A DNA stretch of 64,000 bases from Octopus vulgaris (GCA_951406725.2 OX597832.1:65720001-65784000); one strand, 5' to 3'. Positions 28,188-40,811 are shown, counted from the stretch's first letter. Translations and numbers: made by a program. Notes: a model not told the origin generated them from the letters alone.

Positions 28188-29824
28188 TATTGTAAAAGAT
28201 CATGGATATAAAATCTTTAAAGTTTCGTGGATACAAATGCTTTCAAAAGTTAAAAGGTTTTAAAACTAGTTAAATTTGAAGCAGCAGACTTCTGGTGTGT
28301 TGTTGATATGTGCGAGGTAGAGTTTGACCGTGCTGCTCTGTCTAGATCTTCAGCCGGGTAGGACAGATCTACTGATGTTGTTTCTTTACTGGTTTCCCGC
28401 CATGAACTGTAGGGCAGGTCAAAGTATTCTTCATTCTGCTGGTTGTATCCCTCTTAATCATTTGTTCTACAGATAAACAAGAAATAGAGTCCCGATTCAG
28501 TTAATTTTTTAAATAAAAATGAAGGAAACCTCAGACATAGGAGAATAGCTGTGAATACACCATCAGAAAATCAGGGATCACTGAGCTCATATTCCGTCGT
28601 CTATAACGCCGAATATTATCTTTTCAAATGTGAATATATTTTGGGGCATCAAACTAACATTGACGCGCCGAGTGAATTGAAATATAAATGTATAAATATA
28701 TATTAGAAATTAAGGTAATCTCGAATAAAGTTGAGTATGTGCGAAAACAGTTTTAGGAAATCGGGTAAAATACCTCTGCAGAGAGAAACAACTGTTTAGG
28801 ACTCTATACTGTGAATCGAACTCTGTGCGTCTCAAATCCTGGATGAGCACTCTGCAGTATTGAAACAAATGTATTTTGTTTTAGAAGCTATAATATTTAG
28901 CGTCATAAAAAGACGGATCAGTTTTCAGAGTGACTAGCACAGAGAGAGATCAGCAGGCCTTTGAGAGGAAAAGAGTTCGATTCACTGTAGCGCTTGCTGC
29001 CCTTTTTTCGTTTCCGTTTGTAGGGTGTATTTTCCTAGCTATTCTCCTGCGTTCTAGATTTCTTTCATTTAACATCTGTAGCTGTATCTCAGGTAGCATG
29101 GGTGGAATTTAGTATGAATAAAAGAGTAACGCTGTTAGGAGGGTTGTTAGGGAGAAAGGTGAGAAATAGTATAAAAAGCAATAAAGTATAAAAGAATCAG
29201 ATACAATAAAGCGTGGGAATTGAAATGAAGTGAAACAATATGGAATGCAATAGAATTAGAGAAGTAGAAGTATCAACAGCAATGACAACGATGACAGATG
29301 AGCACGTGACGACAAGAACAACAATAGAAACAACTATCATGGCGGTTACAACAACTGCCACAATAGAAACAACTATCATGGCGGTTACAACAACTGCCAG
29401 CTACAACAATACCAACCACTACAAGAAACACCACGACAGCAATGAAAATATCTGGACTAGCATCGCAGACTGAAACTTTAGACGCTCCTTTGGTCGTTTA
29501 AAGTTTCTATCTGCAGAGGTATTTTACCCGATTTCCTAAAACTGTTTTCGCACATACTCAACTTTATTCGAGATTTCCTTAATTTCTAATATATATTTAT
29601 ACATTTATATTTCAATTCACTCGGCGCGTCAATGTTAGTTTGATGCCCCAAAATATATTCACATTTGAAAAGCTAATACTCGGCGTTATAGAAGACGGAA
29701 TATGAGCTCAGTTATCCCTGATTTTCTGAAGGTGTATTCACAGCTATTCTCCTATGTCTGAGGTTTCCTTCATTTTTATAAAACAAATTACCTGAATCGG
29801 GACTCTATTTCTTGTTTATCTGTA
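28188..29824. mobile_element. Fold-back element 2 (about 322-bp arms at 28468-28789 / 29503-29824, about 713-bp spacer, unique tail 28188-28467)
   Basis: Long, high-identity inverted repeat, e.g. CATTGACGCGCCGAGTGAATTGAAAT pairs with ATTTCAATTCACTCGGCGCGTCAATG. Confidence 0.92.
29321..29398. repeat. 39-bp perfect tandem duplication
   Basis: ACAATAGAAACAACTATCATGGCGGTTACAACAACTGCC x2. Confidence 0.95.
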
Positions 29825-29835
29825 ATGAAATCTTC

Positions 29836-29875
<40 letters not shown>

Positions 29876-29878
<3 letters not shown>

Positions 29879-30079
29879 TTAATAAATCTTAGGGTAGCAA
29901 AGAAAATTAGAAAAATTCTTTGCTACCAGTGGTCTAGCGAGAAGGAAAAATTAATCAATAGACTATATATTGTTCATAGAAAAATACAGTGTACATTTAA
30001 ACACATAAGAGGTGACCATAATAGGTCCTATTATGGTCATCTATTATGTGTTTAAATGTACACTGAATTTTTCTATGAA
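29876..30079 (-). mobile_element. Fold-back element 3 (53-bp arms 29973-30025 / 30027-30079; unique segment 29876-29972)
   Basis: Near-perfect palindrome with 3 mismatches, centred on ATAGG-T-CCTAT. Flanked by (TA)n. Homologous to element 4. Confidence 0.92.
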
Positions 30080-30127
30080 TTATATATATACACATACATA
30101 TGTACATATATATATATATATATATAC

Positions 30128-30345
30128 TCTTTACTCTTTTACTCTTTTACTTGTTTCAGTCATTTTGACTGCGGCCATGCTGGAGCACCGCCTTTAGTCG
30201 AGCAAATCGACCCCAGGACTTATTCTTTGTAAGCCCAGTACTTATTATATCGGTCTCTTTTGCCGAACCGCTAAGTAACGGGGACATAAACACACCAGCA
30301 TCGGTTGTCAAGCAATGCTAGGGGGACAAACACAGACACACAAAC
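30128..30345. mobile_element. SINE-like repeat family B, well-preserved copy
   Basis: (CTTTTA)n end followed by GTTTCAGTCATTTTGACTGCGGCCATGCTGGAGCACCGCC; at least 7 homologs in the window. Confidence 0.85.
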
Positions 30346-30353
30346 ATACACAT

Positions 30354-30410
<57 letters not shown>

Positions 30411-30798
30411 TATGTATGTATGTGTTTGTGCGTGTATGTATGTCTATCTCTGCATATGTATATATATGATGAGTGCTGAAATATCCCTGGTTTTAAAGGT
30501 GTCGGAAAAATCTTGGTTAGAGACTCAACTTTGCGAGTTCTTTGCAGGGCTCAGAGCAACTGAAGGACCGCTTCAATAAGTGTGCGAATCTGAAAAGCGA
30601 ACATGTTGATTAAAATCATAGCGAAGAAATTTTCAGCACCACTTCATATATATATACTTCCCATATAAAAGCATAATTGTTGTTGCCCACCAATATTATT
30701 GTTATTGTTATTCATTATTTACATATTTACTGCCAATGATAATAATGGGAATAATATGTATATGAATATTTACTCATTTATCATATATATATACATAT

Positions 30799-30985
30799 AG
30801 TTGAAATTTACAGAAAAACAAAAGGCGAAGATAGGTGTATAAATGACAAGCGGGTGTATTAGCGTGTCGCTCGAGATGGTGAGAAAGTATTTTACGTTTC
30901 GAGTCTATGCTCTTCAATAGAAAGGAACACGATGAAATAAAAAGAGAGAGAATAAAAGCTTCTGCATTTAGCGTCAGTCATGGTG
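30799..30985 (-). mobile_element. Short PLE pseudo-LTR-like repeat with minimal hammerhead-like motif (copy 2)
   Basis: Homolog of 372-545. Minus strand reads TTGAAGA-GCATAGACTC-GAAAC-GTA. Confidence 0.55.
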
Positions 30986-31839
30986 GTGTGTGTATGTTAG
31001 TGTGTGTGTGTGTTTGTGTGTATGTCTGTGTATGTATGTGTATGTGTGTACGCATATTATGTTTAATAGATATGGATTGGCTTTATAGTTCTGCTAGAAA
31101 CTTATACACTTTCTCATACATGTGGTAACGGCGAAAGTCTCTCGAAATGATCAGAGAGTTACAATGCAAGCTGATACTGCCTTGATTCTTTCATAGGATT
31201 TCATCGAATGTTTTGCTCTTTTCAGCTTATAGATATGATACGAATCAAACGACGCTTTGCCTGATGATTTTTAACATAAAGAAGGACTTGCCAAAGCAAA
31301 CCTCACTCGCCAAATATAGTTTTGATTGTAGAATTTCTAGCTCACGATTATTTGGGGGCATTTACACGAACAGAGAAACCATTTGACATTAAATGTAAAA
31401 GCAGTCGCCGTGTTTACATTAGTTTTCTTTTTCTTTCTAAATATAACCTATTGTCTCTGACTCATAACCATTTGATATTTCAGTCAGTACACATTTAATT
31501 CACCCTTTGTCAGGGCTTGTGTTTCGTTCCACATGATGTCCCATGAAAACCGCTCTCGTTAGCAAGAAGGCTAGGTCGTGTTGCTTACTTGTTACCCGAC
31601 ACTCCCACCATGTGTCAGTCACATGGGTTGATTGTTACCAATGACGTCTTGTTTGACCTCAAATATCTCCTGCTGAAGTCGGTTGCGGAGTTTCATATTC
31701 AGAAAACCATAAAACTTATCCCCTTCCGTGTCTGCTATTAGCTTTGGCATTTTGCTTCTAGTGTTTCTGAACAAAATGTTGATGTCAACGCTGTTATTTC
31801 TGTTGTTACTGGTGCTTTGGATTACTTTGATAGGTTTCG

Positions 31840-32345
31840 GCCATGTCTAATTTAAAAGCATCACATGGTGAAGTATTTTAGTTATATATGGGGTACCATG
31901 GTCGACTCTGGCAAAGAGTTATTATTGTTGGAGACATATCTGGGTGTAGTAGGTTGGTCCGGAATTTTTTGAAGAAATTTGTCCTGTGAACATTTGAATT
32001 TTATGGGAACCGTTTCCATTTTGACTTATTTTGGTAAGGTATTAAAGAGATCTGGACCAGTTGAAGTAAAGTAGTTGTGTCGTATTGGTATGTGTTCTGA
32101 TTTTTGTAGTGTGTCGATAGCACGGGGACGAAGTTTTGGGTGCATTTTAAAATTGATGCCAACATCATTTGTGTAATATTGATGGAATATTTTCCACACC
32201 ATGCAAATGATGCGGCGCACCTGGCAGTGTTGGAGAGAGAGTAGAGATTGAGTTTGTTTTTAGTCTACCCCAATAGTCAATACTTGTCATACCGTCTATT
32301 TTTCTTGTTATTGACCTCTGAAGAGCTTCCAATTTCATAATGAGT
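31840..32345 (-). mobile_element. CR1/L2-group LINE 3' ORF2 fragment
   Basis: Minus strand: LEALQRSITRKIDGM...YWGRLK..LNLYSL...VWKI...GPDLFNTLPK. Confidence 0.75.
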
Positions 32346-32883
32346 TGCTATATTTTGTTACTGGTTTGGGTGATGAAAGCAATTGAGTGTTACGCTCCAT
32401 TGCTTGATAATTGCAACTCCATTAAGCTTTGGAGTTTTAAACTGAGATAAGGCAGCAATTGTTCTGCAAAGACGTAGATTCGGAGGTTATCTCGCGTGAG
32501 GTAATTTGATGGTTCATTACTGTGAATTGAGTCGGCAGCGAACTAGCAGAATCATAGGAGCTTTGGATACACACCTTGTCGTATTCTTTCTGGCTCTTTA
32601 GGCTATGTGTGTGGGTTTGTGCGTGTGTGTGTATGTGTGCGTGCGTGTGTAGATGTATGTGTGTGCTTGCATGTGTGTATATAATATGCATATGTGTGTG
32701 TATGCATAATATGTATATATGGGTGTGTGCATTTGTGTATGCTAATAGACTTATATGAGTATATGGACATGTGGGTGTTCCAAAAACACAACAAAAAAAA
32801 GTCAGGATGATTCCGATTGGAACGAATAAGTTATTTCAGTTAAGGTGACCTGAAGCTAGACTCCTCCCACCTTCATCAATAAA

Positions 32884-32884
<1 letters not shown>

Positions 32885-32954
<70 letters not shown>

Positions 32955-33000
32955 AACAACAACAACAACTACTACTACTACTACTACTACTACAACTACA

Positions 33001-33047
<47 letters not shown>
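32885..33047. repeat. (CTA)n/(CAA)n microsatellite
   Basis: Direct reading. Confidence 0.95.
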
Positions 33048-33664
33048 CTCCAAGTGTATACAGCGTTCATTATACAATTGTAGTTATCATGAATCGATAT
33101 TAATTTCTCTAAGTACGGTTAATAAAGTTCTTCTGAATGTGTTTATTCGGTGTGCTTGTGTCTGTGTGGTATGTATGATTGGTGCATGTATGACTGTTTG
33201 CATGTGTTTCTTTGTATATGTGTTGTGGGTGTACTTCTGCGTGTGCGTGTAGTTTTTTCGTGTGCGTATATGATTCCAAAGCGACAGTATAACTTTATTT
33301 CATACGTTTGAGACAACAAAATGATAACCGCGAGCAATTGTTTTCAGGACGGTATTGTATAAATGGTTTCCCAAGAGCTAGAAATTTAGTAGTTTATCTA
33401 ATAAATCATATTCCCAGACATGAAAAGTTACAAGTTTAAACATGGTAGCTATAAAATATCTCGGCAAGGATAACATTAAATAAATCAGGATAATCACTTT
33501 TTCTAGCTTTTGTTCACCGGTTTACTCAAGAAGGGTAGCAACAACAACATTAAGATAGAAAAAGAAGCCATTTGCATAGTCGCTTAGTCTGCTAGACATT
33601 ACCGTCAGATTGCCCTCATAATACATTGTAATCAATTAAAACAGCGAAAAGAGATATTAAAGAA

Positions 33665-34530
33665 TGATTTCAAATTTTGGCACAAGGCCTGCAAGAGGTA
33701 AGTCGAACACATCCACTACAGTTCTCAACTGGTACTTATTTTATCCACCCTGAAACGGACGAAAGGCAAAGTCAACTTTGGCAGAATTTTAATTCAGCAC
33801 CTAAAGACAGGCAAAATGGCGCAGAGCATTTTGCCCGACGTGCTATCGATTCTGCCAGCTTGCTGCCTTCAGAAAATATTAAACACTCCTTTCTACTAAA
33901 GGCACAATGCCTGAAATTTTCGAGGAGGGGGTATGTCGATTACATCGATTCTAGTGTTTTACTGGTATTTAATTTATCGACTCCGAGGGCATGAACGACA
34001 GTCAACCTTGGCCGAATTTGAACTCGGAACGTAGCGATAGATCAAATACCGCCAATAATTCGTCCAGCTTGCTACAGATTCTGCCAGCTCACAGCATTGA
34101 GGAAATATTAAATGAGCTTTTTTTATTCTAGTCACCAGAGGAAGAGGGGGCCAGTCGATTAGATCGACCCCGGTACGGAACTAGTACTTTATCGAAACAA
34201 TCAAAGTCGACTTCGGCGGAATAAGGAGACATTGAATGATGCCGTCTTAAATATGGTATATATTAATTTTGTCATATGTAAATTCAACAACTACAACAAC
34301 AACAACATAAAAAACAGTTTGATATATTACTTTGGAGGGAGGACCAACGTTTATAGATGGTGTGTTTCTCAATGGTATTGGCCCCAGAAATTGTTGGGCA
34401 GGTTATTTTATATACATCCTTGAAGGATGAAAAGCAAAATTGGCATTAGAAAGATTTTGACTCAGATTGCAAAGAACGGGAACAAACGCAGCAAACCATT
34501 GTAACCGACGTCTGGTGATTCACTTCGCTC
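33665..34530 (-). mobile_element. Cluster of about four SINE family C copies or fragments
   Basis: Repeated CTGGTACTT/ATCGAC/GAATTTGAACTC/GATTCTGCCAGCT motifs. Confidence 0.7.
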
Positions 34531-36254
34531 GAAATCTTCGGCAACATTACAAGGAACACCAATGTCAGGCCTATGTTTCACTTTAATGAATGTTTGCAAG
34601 GCGGGAGTTTTACCCTTAATATAACGTATTAATTGCAAATATGATATGTCGACCGCCTTCACCAACATATATGTACATTAGTTTTCCGAATTGTCAGTTG
34701 TGTACTGATCTCAGATAAAACAAATCATACAGATAACACCCTTATCAGTTTATCGTATATTTAATTGTCTGACATTGTCCGCAGAAATACAATTAAGCAA
34801 AATACTATTATCAAATAACTACCATTAAATGCACATTTCAATTCGATAGAGACACTTGCGAGAGAATGAAGGAATGAAATATTATAAAATAATACAATAA
34901 TACTTAGTTTCATTAGTCATTAATACTATTTATGTCTGATTTATTCGTTGTGTCATCATGCTTATATGACATTCATTTATATTCAATTGCTGGGTGAGTC
35001 TTTATAATTTTTGTAATAACTTCCAAATATTGCCGAAATTAGAATATGAAGTTAGTAATTGTCATATATATTTACTTTTAGCAGAACTAAAGCTGGAGAT
35101 TATTTTAAGTTGTCTTGACTTGCTAGGAATAGCTACCACCTAGTCTACATATCAACTACCAGAATCTGAAGCATGAGGCGAAGAAATATTGGAAAATATT
35201 GTCCCCAGTTTATATATAAAATATGAAATGTAAAGTGAAGCAATTTTGTGTATAGTGCTGCTACCTCACGGCTGGTTGGGGGCTGAAATATAAGAATGCA
35301 TTTCAGCATTTACACTTTGCAAGTAAATAGGGTTAATTTATTTATTAACCTCTGGGATGAATGTAATCGACACATTCCCCTTGCCTTGCAAAAGGATGTG
35401 GGGCCTCGTTTCTATGGTGAAAACCATTATAGTAGGATTATGTCGATGGAGTAAAAGAATTTAGTGAATGGGCGACAATTTAACGCGTAGCATTTACCGC
35501 CGTTTATTCACGTTCACTGTTGAAATGGCATTAGAATCAGTTTAGTCGTTGAACATGGAAGGGAACAATGAAAAATAAAGTAGAATTCAATATAAAGAAT
35601 GGAATCAGCTACAGATTCACTCAAAATTTGTGAGCTTCTACCAATGAGAAAGAATAATGTTAAAACGAGTGTCTACCAGTACTTAGGATAATGGCTTTCC
35701 TATTTCGAAGACGCACGGGGGCAAGTTTGACTTCCATCACCAAAACTTAAAGAAGTAAATATTAGTTCAGTACTAGTGTAATGTAGTCGGCTATATACAT
35801 AAACCGTCCAAAACCTGTTGTTTATGCCATTGTTTAAAATCAATTTTAAAATTTATGAATCATCTGTTGTGTTATAATACGATACAAAATTCATATTTAT
35901 TCAAATGTGATATATATCAAATTTTTATTCGACTTGACCACCCACCTTTATAATATTATTCAAATTCGAATATTGAATTAGTCGTTGCTATTAAATTTAT
36001 CATCCGAAAGCGGAGAACTTGCAGAGTTGTTCGGTCATCGCCCTTTGTTCATGTACCAGCTCAAATCACACCGATATAAATGCTGTATTTCCTGCTTCCA
36101 GGGACCACAAAACATAATGCCAGGAAAGAACTAAGGACGATATCATAGACTATACTACTTTAACAAACATTAAACTCAATTGAAATTATGTTGTAACTAA
36201 ACATATATAGAGAGGTGATTTGGTAGAGGGAAACTGAAAGAAACATGCCGTATA

Positions 36255-36667
36255 TATTTACATTTCCAGTGGTCTAACGTTTAAAAAATTTAGTCTAACA
36301 GACTATATATTAGTCATACGATATAGTGTATATTTAAACACATGAGGAACCACTTATATGAATCCAACACGCTAGAAAGAACAGCTAGGTTCTATAACCA
36401 CAAAAATTAGAGATAAAATTCGACAGGAACGAAACGAAAACTAAAAAACATTTTACCATCTAGATTTCCTGGACCAATTGGTTTCTGACTCGCTAAACTA
36501 AAATCAGAAACCAATTGGTCCAAGAAACTAGATGGTAAAATGTTTTTTTATTTTTCATTTCGTTCCTGTTGAATTTTATCCCTAATTTTTATGGTAATAG
36601 AACCTAGCTGTTCTTTCTAGCGTGTTGGATTCATATAAGTGGATTCCTCATGTGTTTAAATATACAC
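36255..36667 (-). mobile_element. Fold-back element 4 (about 163-bp arms 36326-36488 / 36504-36667)
   Basis: CACTTATATGAATCCAACACGCTAGAAAGAACAGCTAGGTTCTAT is perfectly mirrored. CCAGTGGTCTA...GACTATATATT...TTTAAACACAT is shared with element 3. Confidence 0.93.
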
Positions 36668-36669
36668 AA

Positions 36670-37448
36670 CTAGCAGCATAGCCCGGCGTTGCCCGGGTAT
36701 GTAAGAGCCCCTAGTAGGCAACGACTAATCCCAATCTAGTATTTTCCCTCTAGGGAACGAAGGCGCATGTGTAGGTTGCAATGTCTTCTCTTCACTCCCA
36801 AATAACTATCAAACAGCTATCGATAATTCAACCCAACCAATTCCTACCACGAAGAAATTACATCCGAGACTTTACCCCCAACACCGCCACTTCTGCTAAT
36901 AGCTGCTGCAGCCGCAAGTTATTCGAATACTTATTTTGTTTAAACTTTCTTTATAACTACCACCCCAAACGTTTTACCTTAAATTTTTGACGTACCCTAA
37001 GGGTCCTCGGACGCTACTTGCAAACTCTTGGTTTATTATAAACCGCTTTTGTCGTGTGCACTAAAAAACCTTTTCCATTCGTTTGTTCTGTTTGGTCACT
37101 TTTGACTTTTTCGTTGTTGTCACTCACATTGCTGCCCGCTTTTTTGCCGTTTTTGTACATTGTTATACATTTTAGGATACTTACCCCACGTGTTCCGAGA
37201 GTTAAAAAGGTCAAGCTGCGTCCCCTAGACAGTCTGTAGAAAATGTGTTGCATATAAAAAGCTTAGATTCTCGACCCATGTCGAATTTATCAATTTTTTT
37301 CAGAACTGGGGGAGCTTTTCAAACTTTTCGCTGCGTTAGTTTTGAATTATGACATTGGGCTGTGTGTGTCAAGTTTCATCAGAATCGGTTGAAAGCCGTG
37401 GTCAGGGTGAGGGTACAACCTGACAGGCACACAGACAGACAAACTGCC

Positions 37449-37460
<12 letters not shown>
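36670..37460 (-). mobile_element. Non-autonomous Helitron-type element
   Basis: Minus-strand 3' end is hairpin CCCGGGCAACGCCGGG, 8 nt, then CTAG|T. The 5' end lies in (TA)n and is followed by a (GTCT)n-like tract, typical of non-autonomous Helitrons. Confidence 0.8.
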
Positions 37461-37523
<63 letters not shown>

Positions 37524-37559
37524 TGTATGTATACATATGTATGTTTGTGATTGTTAGTT

Positions 37560-37752
37560 GTGTCTGTGTTTGTCTCCCCACCATCACTTCAAAACCGATG
37601 TTGTTGTGTTTACGTCCCCGTAACATAGTGGTTCGGCTAAAGGCCGATAAAATAAGTACCAGGCTTACAAAGAATATGTCCTGCGGTCGATTTGTTCGAC
37701 TAAAGGTGGTGCTCCAGCATGGCCGCAGTCAAATGACTGAAACAAGTAAAGG
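37560..37752. mobile_element. SINE-like repeat family B (opposite orientation to 30128)
   Basis: GGTGCTCCAGCATGGCCGCAGTCAAATGACTGAAACAAGTAAA. Confidence 0.85.
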
Positions 37753-38029
37753 AATAAGTAAATGTTTTAATTCATCTTCACGATATTATTAATCTTCAAA
37801 TATTTATTTCGTCTGTGGCACATGAATAAAAAGCCGAGGACGATAAAATGTTATACTAAAAGCTCTGAGCTGTTCAGTAAACGTATCATTATATTCTCAG
37901 CTCAAATCCAGTTCGCCAAACGTTAATAAAATACGTAACAGTTCCGAATGGGGGATTCACATTACTGTCATCCATATAATAAAATACTTTAGTGTTGTTG
38001 GAGATGCCTTTTGTGAATGTACATCTGAA

Positions 38030-38220
38030 GGGAAGCAGTGAGCTGGCAGAATCATAAGCAAGCCAAGCAAAATGTTCATCGACATTGCGGACGTCTTTAG
38101 GTTCTGAGTTCACATTCCACCAAGGTCGACTTTGCCTTTCACCATTTCGGTGCTGATAAGTACGGGGATCGTTGTAATCGATTGATTCCTCTTCCAAAAC
38201 TTTCTGCCCAAATTTGGAAT
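38030..38220 (+). mobile_element. SINE family C
   Basis: GAGCTGGCAGAATC...GTTCTGAGTTCA...GGTCGACTTTGCCTTTCA; the core recalls the Meta-SINE domain. Confidence 0.75.
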
Positions 38221-38274
38221 CAATATATTGGCGCTGAAATGTAGTAAAAGGAAAATGTATAAATCTTTGTCTAT

Positions 38275-38490
38275 GGGGTGTGGTTTAGTGGTTAGGGTAC
38301 CCAACTCATGACTGTAAGATAATGAGTTCGATTCCTGGTGGCGCGTTGTGTCCTTGTGCAAGACACTTTATTTCCCGTTGCTCCAGTCCGTCCAGCTGGC
38401 AAAAAATGTGTAGTACCAGTGTTTCAAAGGGCCAGCCGTGTCACGTTCAACATCCCTGAGAACTCCGTTAAGAGTACGTGTGTCTGAGAA
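38275..38490 (+). mobile_element. SINE family D
   Basis: A-box TGGTTTAGTGG, B-box GAGTTCGATTCC, then GTGTCCTTGTGCAAGACACTTTA. Confidence 0.8.
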
Positions 38491-39979
38491 ATTATAAATA
38501 GCTACTGCATAAATACACACACACACACACACACACACAGACAGACACGCACTCTCTCCCTTTCTCTTTCTCTCTCTCTCTTCTTCTCACAGAGAAGGTT
38601 ATATATGTAACTGGAAAAAGTATTAGCAGCATTTTCGCTGGGTAACGAAAAAAAAAACACTGCTTTTTTATGCATAATCCGCTTTCCGAATCATAACAAC
38701 AAATTGGGCAGAGAGTTTCTCGTCCTATTATAAACCTTGATGTTACTTTTTTTATAAGATTCGACTCTTCGGTTAACAGTTCGGTGAAGTTACAGTTATA
38801 AATCACTGCATACTTAGCTATTGACGTTTCATATCACCAGTAAACGAAGAACAACTTAGCATATAACAGTAAGGTTATATTCAAAATAATATCTTTTGTT
38901 TGGGCAAATATCTTTGTATTTTAAATTGGTTGGATCAGCGTTATATGTTGATATACTGTAATTATTGGATATTTAGAAATTATTTTAGCTCAACATGAAA
39001 TCCTAATTAAATCATATTATCGTAAGTAATGAAAATCTCTACGTGACTACCAGACAAGGGCACCGTTTTCTTTGTTTCGCTATTGGTTTTCGCAAATTAA
39101 GTTGTCATAATACAAATCAATTATGACAGGTTCTGAACCAGCCAAGGCCAAAACAATAGCAGACTTGTTATAGAGAAGAAGAGTCTTCATAATACATGTT
39201 GAAAGAAACGTGTTTTAGATATAATCTCAAAGCGTGGTCTTACTGTTAATATCAATCTTCACACAATATCTCTAGTAAATGAAATATATTGTATATAGAA
39301 ATTGCAAACAGTTTAATTCTATGGTGTTATATATTAACATATCAGTCTCTTAAAATCGCATTGTAAATCAGTTCCTTTGGGACTACATGAGTTCATAATT
39401 GGAATGTTTAAGGAAACACTGGAAGGCCATAAAGGATATTGAAAGAAGATATTATGTCAATTGAACTGTGTCTTGATGTGCTTAATAATAATTGCACAGT
39501 TCATCATTATATCTCCTCTACAGAAGAGTTTAATAAAACTGTATCTATTCATATATTGCCTTTGCATTCTTATATTAATGTCATGAATATTTGTAACGAT
39601 TTTTATAGTTATTGCTGTTACCAGGTATTCCCGGAACGTTTAAGATTTTATCGAATTTGTTTTATGAATTGTGTTTGAGATTCACTGAGATGATCTATCA
39701 AATAGCTATACTGGTTGTACAGAGAGAATCTTTTAGAATAAGAGGCTACAGACGGTTTAGCGTAAGAATGATTAAGATTGTAACTTCGCATTTCAGCTAC
39801 TTCCAACATAAAAGAATAAACCATTGGCAAGAACATGATCAACGTTTTCACTTATACTCACCCCACTGGACTTAAAGATGGAGTATTTCCCCCAACCTCC
39901 AGTTTTTAATAAGAATGTTGGTCATAAGGCAGAAATGGTAGGAAGTCTACATATATATACCTTGTATTAGCCTATCTCC

Positions 39980-40185
39980 GTCATTTACTGCGGCACAATC
40001 TTGAAACATTTAGTCGAATAAAACAAATTCTGAACTTCTTTTTAAACCTGGTACATATTCTATCAGCTTATTGTGCCAAACCATTAAGTTAGCAAAAACG
40101 TATACAACACAACACCAGATGTCAAACGGTGGTGGGGAACAAACACACAGATGCACATGCACACATATATGTATACATACGTATA

Positions 40186-40216
<31 letters not shown>

Positions 40217-40640
40217 TTCTTTCTTTCTATTTATATATCTGTGTGTGTATGTGTGTGTGTGTGTGCATATCTATGTGCGTTTGTGTATCTTTGCGTCAGC
40301 ATTCGCCCTCACAAACGCTTAACGGCTGGTGTTGTTGTATTTACGTTCTCGCAAGCTCGTAGTACGGCAAAAAAGACTGATAGAATAAGTAACATGACCG
40401 TTTGTTCAACTAAACCTCTTCAAGGCTGTGCCCCAGCGTGGCCGCAGTCAAATGACTGAAACAAGCAAGCGATACATACACGGTAGACTTTCAGTTTCTA
40501 TTTACCAAAGTCATTTACAAGGCATTGGTTGGCCCCGAGGCTGCAGCAGAAAACACTTTTTCAAGGTGTCCTGCAGAGGGACTGAAATCTGAACGCTGTG
40601 ATTGATGAGCATGCTTCATACCACAAACCCACGCTTCTGC
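39980..40640. mobile_element. Cluster of SINE B, SINE B (inverted) and SINE A copies
   Basis: Family motifs at about 39980-40150, 40315-40470 and 40480-40640. Confidence 0.7.
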
Positions 40641-40811
40641 CTATATGCAAGCATATTCGATTCTGATTTGATAAATATTTGGCAACTATATGGATGAGGT
40701 AGAATATAGTCTCCCATCATTGGCGGCTGATGTTATCTTTAAGTTCCATATGAACTTCTATTAATCAACCTTATGATGAAGAGCATTGCAGTCTAATCAC
40801 GCCTAGGTCCA

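Noticed and set aside
29321-29398. 39-bp repeat as a CRISPR-like array
   Set aside because: Two adjacent units with no spacer in a eukaryotic context; a simple tandem duplication.
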